NCBI GenBank assembly: GCA_964594715.1
Contig: CAZQOA010000001.1
Location: 1-24,000 of the forward strand
DNA from: an uncultured Rhizobiaceae bacterium
GTDB taxonomy: Bacteria; Pseudomonadota; Alphaproteobacteria; ATCC43930; Allostellaceae
Reading direction: 5' to 3'
DNA: 24,000 nucleotides
Every line of letters begins with the position of its first letter. The first letter of the stretch is position 1. The position numbers were made by a program, and so were the translations under genes. Positions 1 through 6,475 of the stretch are shown piece after piece. The notes beneath the pieces are model-generated. The model saw only the letters and a list, made by a program, of their open reading frames with translations, did not search any database and was not told the DNA's origin.

Positions 1-212
1 CGAATAGGCCCCGAGCCAGTACCACCGCGAACGCTTGCAAGTAGCAACGGGAGCGCCGGGGCCGCCCACCACACGAAGGAACGAAATGAAGAACGAATCC
101 ATCTGCGCCGCCATCGCCCAGCACGTGGTTGCCGTGGCCAACCAGCAGCGCGCCGCCTGAGCAAGCGCCGCACCGCAATCTCAGCACAGAACAACGAAAC
201 CGCGGAGGTCCA

Positions 213-806
213 TTGAGCACGACACCATCACTCGGCAACTTGCCGATCAACCTGCCGGTGCTGCTGGAAAGCCGCGCCTTGATCCAGGCTAACAGCGGCG
301 CCGGGAAAAGCTGGACCCTGCGCCGCATCCTCGAGCAGACGGCCAGCGGCGTGCAGCAGCTGGTGATCGACCCCGAGGGCGAATTCGCCAGCCTGCGGGA
401 GAAGTTCGACTACATAGTGTGCGCGCCGCACGATGCCGACGCGGTGGCCACGCCGCAGACCGCCGCGCTGGCGGCGCCGCCGGCGGCCCAGAAGCGCGGC
501 GAAGCGCGGGTCGCCTTCCCGGCCGGCAGCACCGATCTGCCGCCCAACGCGCGCGGCGATCTTGACCAGATGGCCCGGCGGCTCGCCGGTGACGAGGCGC
601 TGCGGGTGCAGCTCAATGCCTATGCCGCCGAGAACGGCGACCAGGCGAGCCAGGCCCGCCGCATCTCGCTGTCGCGCGCGCTGGCCGTCCGTGCCTACCT
701 GATCGACAAGGGCGTGCGCAGCACCCGCCTCGACGTGCGCGCGCTCGGCAAGCCCCAGGACAACGGCCCGGCCGACCGGGTCGACCTCGTCGTGGTCGGA
801 CGCTGA
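213..806 (+). CDS. Chimeric ORF: N-terminal fragment of a HerA/DUF87-like P-loop NTPase (about 213-474) fused in frame to an OmpA-like peptidoglycan-binding C-terminal domain (about 507-803)
   Basis: GGAGG at 205-209 precedes TTG at 213. The N-terminal part LPINLPVLLESRALIQANSGAGKSWTLRRILEQT...VIDPEGEF carries a Walker A motif (ANSGAGKS, nt 288-311) but no Walker B or downstream helicase domains. The C-terminal part RVAFPAGSTDLPP...LSLSRALAVRAYLIDKGV...ADRVDLVVV is an OmpA_C-type domain. No signal peptide or TM segment precedes the OmpA part. The track ORF starts at TTG 129, which I consider less likely. Confidence 0.5.
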   Translation: MSTTPSLGNLPINLPVLLESRALIQANSGAGKSWTLRRILEQTASGVQQLVIDPEGEFASLREKFDYIVCAPHDADAVATPQTAALAAPPAAQKRGEARVAFPAGSTDLPPNARGDLDQMARRLAGDEALRVQLNAYAAENGDQASQARRISLSRALAVRAYLIDKGVRSTRLDVRALGKPQDNGPADRVDLVVVGR

Positions 807-855
807 GCCCGACCGGGATGCGGAACGCCGCGCCGACGACGACGAGGAGGCGTCG

Positions 856-1998
856 GTGACGAACCCGCGCCGCTTCCTCTTCCGGATGATCGTCTTCCTG
901 ATCCTGGTGGTCGGGGCGCTGGGGCTGCTCTATTCGGGACTGGAACGGGCGTTCCTGGCCAAGCCGGCGCTCAACAGCATGATCCTCGGGATCATCATCT
1001 TCGGCGTCATCTACATCGTCCGCCAGGTGCTGCAGCTTGAGCCGGAGGCCGCCTGGGCCGACACGCTGCGCCGCGGCGAGCCCGGCCTGTCGGTGATGCG
1101 GCCGCCGCGCCTGCTGGGCCCGGTCGCGGCCATCCTCCAGGAGCGGCGCGGCCGCACCAGCCTGTCCGCCCCGGCCCAGCGGTCGCTGCTGGACGGCCTC
1201 AGCTCGCGCCTCGACGAGACGCGCGACATCTCGCGCTACCTCATCGGGCTCCTGGTCTTCCTCGGCCTGCTCGGCACCTTCTGGGGCCTGCTGGAGACGG
1301 TGGGCGCGGTCAGCCGCGCCGTCTCCAACCTGTCGATGACCGGCACCGACATGGGCCAGGCGCTGACCAACCTGCAACGCGGCCTGGAAACCCCGCTGGC
1401 CGGCATGGGCACCGCCTTCAGCTCGTCCCTGTTCGGGCTGGGCGGGTCGCTGATCCTGGGCTTCCTCGACCTCCAGGCCGGGCAGGCGCAGAACCGCTTC
1501 TACAATGAGATCGAGGATTGGCTGGCCAGTCTGACCCGCCTGTCGGGTGGCACCGCGGTCAGCGACGGCGACCAGTCGGTGCCGGCCTATATCCAGGCGC
1601 TGCTGGAGCAGACCGCCGACAACATGGAAAACCTCCAGCGCATCCTCGGGCGCGGCGAGGAAAGCCGCATCCAGGCCAACACCAACCTGACCGCACTGAC
1701 CGAGCGGCTCGGCACCTTCTCCGACCAGATGCGCGCCGAGCAGTCGCTGATGCTGCGGCTGGCGGAGAGCCAGCTCTCGCTCGAGCCGATCCTGGCACGG
1801 CTGGCGGACGCTGTCGGCAAGGCCGGCGCCGATGAGGATTCCCAGCACCAGCTGCGCGCGATCGAGCGCCAGATGGCGCGTCTGATCGACACCATGGAAC
1901 AGACCAGCGCCAGCGCCGCGCAGGAGATCCGGGCCGAGATCCGCCTGCTCGCACGCACCATCGCCGCCCTGGCCGAAGAGCCCGAGCGCAGGCGCTAG
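856..1998 (+). CDS. MotA/TolQ/ExbB-family proton-channel protein with a ~175-aa helical C-terminal tail
   Basis: GTG start with GAGGAGG RBS at 844-850. There are four hydrophobic segments. Family signatures are LGLLGTFWGLLETV (nt 1261-1299) and GMGTAFSSSLFGLGGSLILGF (nt about 1402-1470). The gene lies 49 nt after the OmpA-domain ORF and 21 nt before the MotB-like gene. Confidence 0.8.
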   Translation: MTNPRRFLFRMIVFLILVVGALGLLYSGLERAFLAKPALNSMILGIIIFGVIYIVRQVLQLEPEAAWADTLRRGEPGLSVMRPPRLLGPVAAILQERRGRTSLSAPAQRSLLDGLSSRLDETRDISRYLIGLLVFLGLLGTFWGLLETVGAVSRAVSNLSMTGTDMGQALTNLQRGLETPLAGMGTAFSSSLFGLGGSLILGFLDLQAGQAQNRFYNEIEDWLASLTRLSGGTAVSDGDQSVPAYIQALLEQTADNMENLQRILGRGEESRIQANTNLTALTERLGTFSDQMRAEQSLMLRLAESQLSLEPILARLADAVGKAGADEDSQHQLRAIERQMARLIDTMEQTSASAAQEIRAEIRLLARTIAALAEEPERRR

Positions 1999-2019
1999 GG
2001 CCGGGGAGGAAACCGCCCG

Positions 2020-3801
2020 ATGGCCCGGTCTCGCGCGCGCCCCAGCGGCTTCAACATCTGGCCGGGGTTCGTCGACGCGCTGACCCAGCTGCTGATGGTC
2101 GTCATCTTCATCGTGCTGGTCTTCACCGTCAGCCACTTCTACCTCGGCTACACCCTGGAAGGCCGCGATGCCGCGGTCGAGCGGCTGAACCGGCAGGTGA
2201 GCGAGCTGGCCGACATGCTGTCGATCGAGCGCACCACGTCGGCCGACCTCCGGTCCCAGGGCGAGCGGCTGACCATCTCGCTGGATGCGGCCAGCCGCGA
2301 TCGCGCCACGCTGGCCGGCCAGTTGACCGCGCTGGCCGCCGAGCGCGAGGCGCTGGGCACGACCCTGGCCCAGCGCACCGACGAGCGCGATCGGGCCCAG
2401 GCGGCCCTGGCCCAGCGCACGACCGAGCGCGACGTGCTGGCCCGCGACCTGGTGACCGAGCAGGATCGCGCCGCCGCCGACGCCACCCGCCTGGAGGCAG
2501 CCCTCGCCGCCGCCCAGCGCACGGTCACTGCCGACCGCGAGACGATCGAGACGCAGTTGCGCGACCTGGCCCGCCTCGCCCGCGACCTCGACAGCTTGCG
2601 CACGCTTCGCGCGGACCTGGAACGTCGAATCGCCAACCTGTCGACGACCCTGGCCGCGACCGCCGAGCGCGCGACCGAGGTCGATGCCGAGCGCGCCCAG
2701 CGGACCCGCGAGGCGACGGAACGGGCGGCCGCCCTGGAAGCGGCCCGCACCCGCATCGCCGGCTTGGACGAGCAGCTGTCGCAGCGCGCGACGGCCCTGG
2801 CCGAGGCCGACCGGCAGGCGCGCGCGCTGACCGCCGAGACCGAGGGCCGGGCGGCCGACATCGCGCGCCTGGAACAGCAGATGCGCGAGCTGGCATCCGC
2901 AGTGGCCGAGCGCGATGCCCGCATCCGCGCGCTCGCCGGCACGCTGGGCGAGGAAAGCGCCCGTCGCCTGGCCGAAGCGCGCGAGGCGCAACAGCTCGCG
3001 GGGGCGCTGCGCGACCGCAGCCGGGAGCTGGAGGCGCGCCTGGCCGACCAGCAGGAGCGGACCCGCCTGGCGCAGCGCACCATCGAGGACAACGCCATCC
3101 GCCTGCGCGCCCTCTTCCAGAGCAACGAGCGCGGCGAGCGCGAGCTGGCGGCCGAACGGCAGGCCGGCGGCACGGCCCGCGATTCGCTGCGGGTGCTGAC
3201 CGCCGAGCTGGAAGGATTGAAGGAGGAGCTGGCCAAGCTGAACGCGGTGCTGGAGGCGTCCGAGAGCCAGAATCGCAGCCAGCAGGTGCAGATCGTCGAC
3301 CTCGGCAGCCGCCTCAACCAGGCGCTGGCCACCAAGGTCGAGGAACTGTCGCGCTACCGCTCGGAGTTCTTCGGCCGGATGCGCGAGCTGCTGGCCGACC
3401 GCCCGGACGTGGAGATCGTCGGCGACCGCTTCGTCTTCCCGGCCGAAGTCCTGTTCGCGGTCGGCTCGCCCGACCTCAACGACACCGGCAAGACCCGCAT
3501 GGCCGACCTTGCCGGCACCCTGAAGGAGATCGCGGCGAAGATCCCGAAGGACATCCCCTGGATCCTCCGCGTCGACGGCCATACCGACCGCACCCGGGTG
3601 CGCTCGCCGCAGTTCCGCAACAACTGGGACCTGTCGGCCGCGCGCGCGATCAACGTCGTCCAGTTCCTGATCGAGCAGGGCATCGCGCCCAGCCGCCTGG
3701 CCGCGACCGGCTTCGGCGAGTTCCAGCCGATCGATCCCGGCAGCGGCGACGCGGCGCTGGCGCGCAACCGCCGCATCGAGATCAAGCTGACGGAACGCTG
3801 A
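2020..3801 (+). CDS. MotB-like stator/anchor protein: N-terminal TM with conserved Asp, ~425-aa coiled coil, C-terminal OmpA/MotB peptidoglycan-binding domain
   Basis: RBS GGGGAGGAA lies upstream of ATG 2020. The N-terminus WPGFVDALTQLLMVVIFIVLVF resembles the MotB/TolR TM segment, with Asp19 at nt 2074-2076. Residues about 45-470 are A/E/R/L/Q-rich and heptad-like. The C-terminus RYRSEFF...GDRFVFPAEVLF...ILRVDGHTD...NWDLSAARAINVVQFL...GFGEFQPID...NRRIEIKL is a clear OmpA/MotB domain. Confidence 0.85.
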   Translation: MARSRARPSGFNIWPGFVDALTQLLMVVIFIVLVFTVSHFYLGYTLEGRDAAVERLNRQVSELADMLSIERTTSADLRSQGERLTISLDAASRDRATLAGQLTALAAEREALGTTLAQRTDERDRAQAALAQRTTERDVLARDLVTEQDRAAADATRLEAALAAAQRTVTADRETIETQLRDLARLARDLDSLRTLRADLERRIANLSTTLAATAERATEVDAERAQRTREATERAAALEAARTRIAGLDEQLSQRATALAEADRQARALTAETEGRAADIARLEQQMRELASAVAERDARIRALAGTLGEESARRLAEAREAQQLAGALRDRSRELEARLADQQERTRLAQRTIEDNAIRLRALFQSNERGERELAAERQAGGTARDSLRVLTAELEGLKEELAKLNAVLEASESQNRSQQVQIVDLGSRLNQALATKVEELSRYRSEFFGRMRELLADRPDVEIVGDRFVFPAEVLFAVGSPDLNDTGKTRMADLAGTLKEIAAKIPKDIPWILRVDGHTDRTRVRSPQFRNNWDLSAARAINVVQFLIEQGIAPSRLAATGFGEFQPIDPGSGDAALARNRRIEIKLTER

Positions 3802-3813
3802 CCCTGCGGGCGT

Positions 3814-4134
3814 TCAATCGTCGACCTCGATCCTGGCGCCGAGATCGGTCGAAAGCACCCCGTCCAGCGTCTCCGCCCCGCGGGTCGATATCCAGCGGCG
3901 GGCGCCCTCGTCCCAGGCGAAGTGCCAGGCCCCCGACCGGGGCGAGGACAGCCAGACCTCCTTGTTGGGGCCATGCTTGTTGATGACGAAGGTGCCGATC
4001 TCGTCGATCTCCAGGGTCAGGATGCCGTCGCGCAGCTCGCCGTCGGCATCGGGTTCGGCGGCTTCCACGGCGGCCAGCACCCGCTGCAGGGTGCGGTCCG
4101 CGAGGACGGCGAAGGTGCGGTCGTCGAGCGCCAT
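3814..4134 (-). CDS. cyaY: Iron-sulfur cluster assembly protein CyaY (bacterial frataxin)
   Basis: The translation from ATG (CAT at 4132-4134) is MALDDRTFAVLADRTLQRVLAAVE...GILTLEIDEIGTFVINKHGPNKEVWLSSPRSGAWHF.W, which is frataxin-like. The longer track ORF (to 4386) would overlap rpmE and its promoter, so it was trimmed. Confidence 0.8.
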   Translation of the reverse strand: MALDDRTFAVLADRTLQRVLAAVEAAEPDADGELRDGILTLEIDEIGTFVINKHGPNKEVWLSSPRSGAWHFAWDEGARRWISTRGAETLDGVLSTDLGARIEVDD

Positions 4135-4202
4135 GGCATTGTCTCCACGCCAGCGGTTCAAAGGGGGTTCCCGGCCGGCACCATACGGCCCCGGCGCCTG
4201 CC

Positions 4203-4231
4203 TTGCATCCCCGGCAGGCTTCCGATATAAG
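4203..4231 (+). promoter_or_regulatory. Putative sigma-70 promoter of rpmE (TTGCAT-N17-TATAAG)
   Basis: TTGCAT at 4203-4208, a 17-nt spacer and TATAAG at 4226-4231. It sits about 24 nt upstream of ATG 4255, with GAGGAG RBS at 4243-4248. This is an AT-rich hexamer in an otherwise very GC-rich intergenic region. Confidence 0.5.
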
Positions 4232-4254
4232 CCCGCGCTTCCGAGGAGCCCGAT

Positions 4255-4515
4255 ATGAAGCCTGAAATCCATCCCGACTATCATGAGATCACGGTCATCA
4301 TGACCGATGGCTCGACCTTCACCACGCGTTCCACCTGGGGGAAGCCGGGCGACACGATGCGGCTCGACGTCGACACCAAGTCGCATCCGGCATGGATCGG
4401 CGGCCAGGCCCGCCTGCGCGACACCGGTGGCCAGCTCGCGCGCTTCAACAAGCGCTTCGCGGGCATGGGGCTGCGCACCGGCCCGGACGCCAACGTGGCC
4501 GATCCCACCACCTGA
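4255..4515 (+). CDS. rpmE: 50S ribosomal protein L31 (Cys-less form)
   Basis: [30 protein letters not shown]...[13 protein letters not shown] matches L31 closely. No CxxC zinc-ribbon cysteines are present. Confidence 0.9.
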   Translation: MKPEIHPDYHEITVIMTDGSTFTTRSTWGKPGDTMRLDVDTKSHPAWIGGQARLRDTGGQLARFNKRFAGMGLRTGPDANVADPTT

Positions 4516-4540
4516 CCGATCGCCATCTGACCGAATGAGG

Positions 4541-4563
4541 GGCAGCCCGGTATCCGGGCTGCC
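4541..4563 (+). terminator. Putative terminator hairpin after rpmE
   Basis: The GC-rich inverted repeat ggcagcccgg / ccgggctgcc has a 3-5 nt loop and starts 26 nt after the rpmE stop. No clear T-tract follows, so intrinsic termination is uncertain. Confidence 0.4.
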
Positions 4564-4583
4564 ACCAAGGGCGCCGCCGGGGT

Positions 4584-4611
4584 CTTGAACCCCGATCGGC
4601 CGGTCCTATCT
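4584..4611 (+). promoter_or_regulatory. RpoH (sigma-32)-type heat-shock promoter of hsp20
   Basis: CTTG at 4584-4587, exactly 17 nt of spacer, then CCTATCT at 4605-4611. This matches the alphaproteobacterial RpoH consensus CTTG-N17-CYTATNT. Confidence 0.6.
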
Positions 4612-4617
4612 CCAGTG

Positions 4618-4708
4618 AGCGTCGGGCGCCCTTCGGGGGTCCGGCAGCGAAGGTCCAGCCCGATGTCGGGTGGGCCGTTCGTCCCTTTGCTCATCGGAGG
4701 ATGTGGAC
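4618..4708 (+). promoter_or_regulatory. ROSE-like RNA thermometer in the hsp20 5' UTR
   Basis: A ~90-nt leader lies between the sigma-32 promoter and ATG 4709. Its 3' end reads UUGCUCAUCGGAGGAUGUGGACAUG. The ROSE signature U(U/C)GCU (4687-4691) is positioned to pair with the SD GGAGGA (4696-4701). A further upstream hairpin includes a UUCG loop (about 4628-4640). Confidence 0.6.
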
Positions 4709-5158
4709 ATGACTTCGTTTGATTTCGCCCCCCTGTTCCGTTCCACGGTCGGTTTCGACCGCATGATGCGGCTCCTGGAGAGCCAGGCCGGCGATGCGCC
4801 GTCCTACCCGCCCTACAACATCGAGAAGACCGCCGACGATGCGTACCGCATCACCATGGCGGTCGCCGGCTTCGGCGGGCAGGATCTCGAGGTGGTGGTG
4901 CGCGAGAACACCCTTACCGTGACCGGCCGCGGCACGGCCGACACGGAAGGCACCAAGTTCCTGCATCGCGGGATCGCCCGGCGCGCCTTCGAGCGCCGCT
5001 TCGAGCTGGCCGACTTCATCAAGGTCGTCGGCTCCACCCTCGACAACGGGCTCCTGCACATCGAGCTGAAGCGCGAAATCCCGGAATCCGCCAAGCCGCG
5101 GGTCATTCCGATCGCCGCCAACGCACCGCAGGCCATCACGGACCAGAAGGCGGCTTAA
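4709..5158 (+). CDS. Hsp20/alpha-crystallin small heat-shock protein (IbpA-like)
   Basis: MTSFDFAPLFRSTVGFDRMMRLLES...YPPYNIEK..DDAYRITMAVAGF...LTV.G...FLHRGIARRAFERRF.LAD...V....L.NGLLHIEL is typical of IbpA/HspA-class sHSPs. RBS GGAGGA lies 7 nt upstream. Confidence 0.9.
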   Translation: MTSFDFAPLFRSTVGFDRMMRLLESQAGDAPSYPPYNIEKTADDAYRITMAVAGFGGQDLEVVVRENTLTVTGRGTADTEGTKFLHRGIARRAFERRFELADFIKVVGSTLDNGLLHIELKREIPESAKPRVIPIAANAPQAITDQKAA

Positions 5159-5177
5159 TCTTCCTTCGGTCGAAATC

Positions 5178-5212
5178 GCCCCGCCCGGGTTCGCGCCCGG
5201 GCGGGGCTTTTT
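5178..5212 (+). terminator. Rho-independent terminator, probably bidirectional, between hsp20 and the convergent thioesterase gene
   Basis: Perfect 12-bp stem gccccgcccggg / cccgggcggggc (5178-5189 and 5196-5207) with a 6-nt loop, followed by TTTTT (5208-5212). It lies between the hsp20 stop (5158) and the minus-strand stop (5217). Confidence 0.8.
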
Positions 5213-5216
5213 CGTT

Positions 5217-5654
5217 CTATGCCACCGCGATCCCGGCCAGGGCGCCGCGCATCGCGGCCGGGATCGGCGTCGGGCGGCGGGTCTGGCGGTCGACGAAGAC
5301 ATGCACGAAATGGCCGTCCGCCGCCGCCTCGTCGTCGCCCTGACGGAACAGCCCGATCTCGTAGCGCACGCTGGAATTGCCGAGCCGGCCGACGCGCAGG
5401 CCGGCATCCACGACCTCCGGATAGGCCAGCGCCTTGCGGAACCGGCACATGCTCTCGGCCACGATGCCGATGACCGGGCCGGCCACGAAGTCCAGCCGGC
5501 CCTCATGGACCAGGAACAGGTTCACGACCGTATCGAAGTAGGAATAATAGACGACGTTGTTGACGTGCCCATAGACGTCATTGTCCATCCAGCGGGTCGG
5601 CACCTGCCGGAAATGGCCGTATCCCGACCGCCGCTCGACCACGCTCCCGGCCAT
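5217..5654 (-). CDS. Acyl-CoA thioesterase, 4HBT/YbgC-like hot-dog fold
   Basis: From ATG (CAT 5652-5654) the translation reads [41 protein letters not shown]..., with the D-x-x-G-H-V-N-N hot-dog thioesterase motif. The track ORF extension to 5972 overlaps the upstream gene and is Arg/Gly/Pro-rich low-complexity sequence. Confidence 0.75.
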   Translation of the reverse strand: MAGSVVERRSGYGHFRQVPTRWMDNDVYGHVNNVVYYSYFDTVVNLFLVHEGRLDFVAGPVIGIVAESMCRFRKALAYPEVVDAGLRVGRLGNSSVRYEIGLFRQGDDEAAADGHFVHVFVDRQTRRPTPIPAAMRGALAGIAVA

Positions 5655-5680
5655 CCCCCCGCTCCCCACCAGCGGCCCCC

Positions 5681-6469
5681 TCACAGAATCCCGTCGAGCG
5701 CCGCCAGCGTCTCGTCCGGGCGCTCCACCATCATCATGTGGCCGGCCCCCGGCAGGATCACCACCCGCAGGCCCGCGATCGCCGTCTGCAGCGGCCGGGC
5801 GCGGGCGGCCGGCGTCATCCGATCGTCCTCGCCCAGGACCAGCAGGCTGGGGCAGCGTACCCCGGCCGCCGCCGCCAGCCCGCCGCCATAGGCAGCACAG
5901 GCCTCCAGGTCGGTCGCCAGCGTCTCCGGATCGGTCTGGCCGATGAGGCGGATACCGCCGCCCACCATCCACAGGCCCGGCGCCCGGTGGCCGCCCAGCT
6001 GCGCCCGGCTGCCGAAGCCCCAGGCCGACATCAGCTCCGGCGCCTGCGGCCCGCCCGCCCGGGCGGCCGCGATCAGGTCGGGATGGACCGGCATGTCGGG
6101 GGTGACGCCGAGCAGCGCCAGCGCACGGAACCGGTCCGGCGCCGCGGCGGCCACGGCCAGGGCCACCAGGGCGCCCATGCTGTGTCCGGCGATGCCGGCG
6201 ACAGCGACCCCGGCCGCATCGAGCAGCGCCAGGGTCCAGTCCGCGAGGTCCTCGATGCGGGTCCGCGGCGGCCCTGCGGAGCGGCCATGGCCCGGCAGGT
6301 CGACGGCCAGGACCGAGCGCCCGTGATGGGCCAGCCAGCGGGTCTGCAAGGTCCAGGCGGTGTGATCCATGCCGGCGCCATGAAGCAGGACCACCGGGGC
6401 GGTCGCGGGGTCGAACGGGCGGCCGCCGGTCGCGGCGAAGACCCGGTGGCCATCGACTTGCAGGTCCAT
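5681..6469 (-). CDS. Alpha/beta-fold hydrolase
   Basis: Contains [19 protein letters not shown] and the nucleophile elbow GHSMGA. It lies 6 nt downstream of the metY stop and 26 nt upstream of the thioesterase start. Confidence 0.75.
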   Translation of the reverse strand: MDLQVDGHRVFAATGGRPFDPATAPVVLLHGAGMDHTAWTLQTRWLAHHGRSVLAVDLPGHGRSAGPPRTRIEDLADWTLALLDAAGVAVAGIAGHSMGALVALAVAAAAPDRFRALALLGVTPDMPVHPDLIAAARAGGPQAPELMSAWGFGSRAQLGGHRAPGLWMVGGGIRLIGQTDPETLATDLEACAAYGGGLAAAAGVRCPSLLVLGEDDRMTPAARARPLQTAIAGLRVVILPGAGHMMMVERPDETLAALDGIL

Positions 6470-6475
6470 GCCGGC

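Noticed and set aside
129-212. The track's TTG start at 129 for the first ORF.
   Set aside because: The first 28 codons (MPWPTSSAPPEQAPHRNLSTEQRNRGGP) overlap the mini-ORF stop region and have no RBS. GGAGG at 205-209 followed by TTG 213 gives an N-terminus typical of the ATPase family.
613-3582. 989-aa ORF on the minus strand, antisense to the OmpA / MotA-like / MotB-like genes. ORFs at 2148-3335 and 3354-3974 are similar.
   Set aside because: Its composition is dominated by Arg/Ala/Gly/Leu/Pro/Gln runs with no recognisable domain. The opposite-strand genes have clear family signatures and RBSs. This is the classic shadow ORF of about 70% GC DNA, where stop codons are rare in the antisense frames.
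856-3801. Calling the MotA/MotB-like pair a Zorya anti-phage system.
   Set aside because: - The MotA-like protein is 380 aa, far shorter than the ZorA proteins I know.
- Here the long coil is on the B subunit rather than the A subunit.
- No ZorC/D, ZorE or ZorF/G-like genes follow. The next gene is a convergent cyaY.
- The context is housekeeping.

Only the general 5:2-motor analogy is retained.
3814-4386. N-terminally extended versions of several track ORFs: cyaY to 4386, hsp20 from 4670, thioesterase to 5972, DUF429 from 7822, HAD to 9533, DUF1192 to 10577, qor from 10297, DUF1013 from 15521, prpE to 18976, tenA to 22299, sdhC from 23109.
   Set aside because: In each case the extension overlaps a neighbouring gene or promoter and translates to low-complexity sequence. 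An internal ATG with a good Shine-Dalgarno sequence gives the family-typical N-terminus.
5217-5654. Linking the YbgC-like thioesterase to a Tol-Pal system together with the MotA/OmpA-like genes.
   Set aside because: It lies on the opposite strand, 1.4 kb away, separated by cyaY, rpmE and hsp20. It belongs to the metY operon, which has its own terminator. No tolA, tolB or pal is present.
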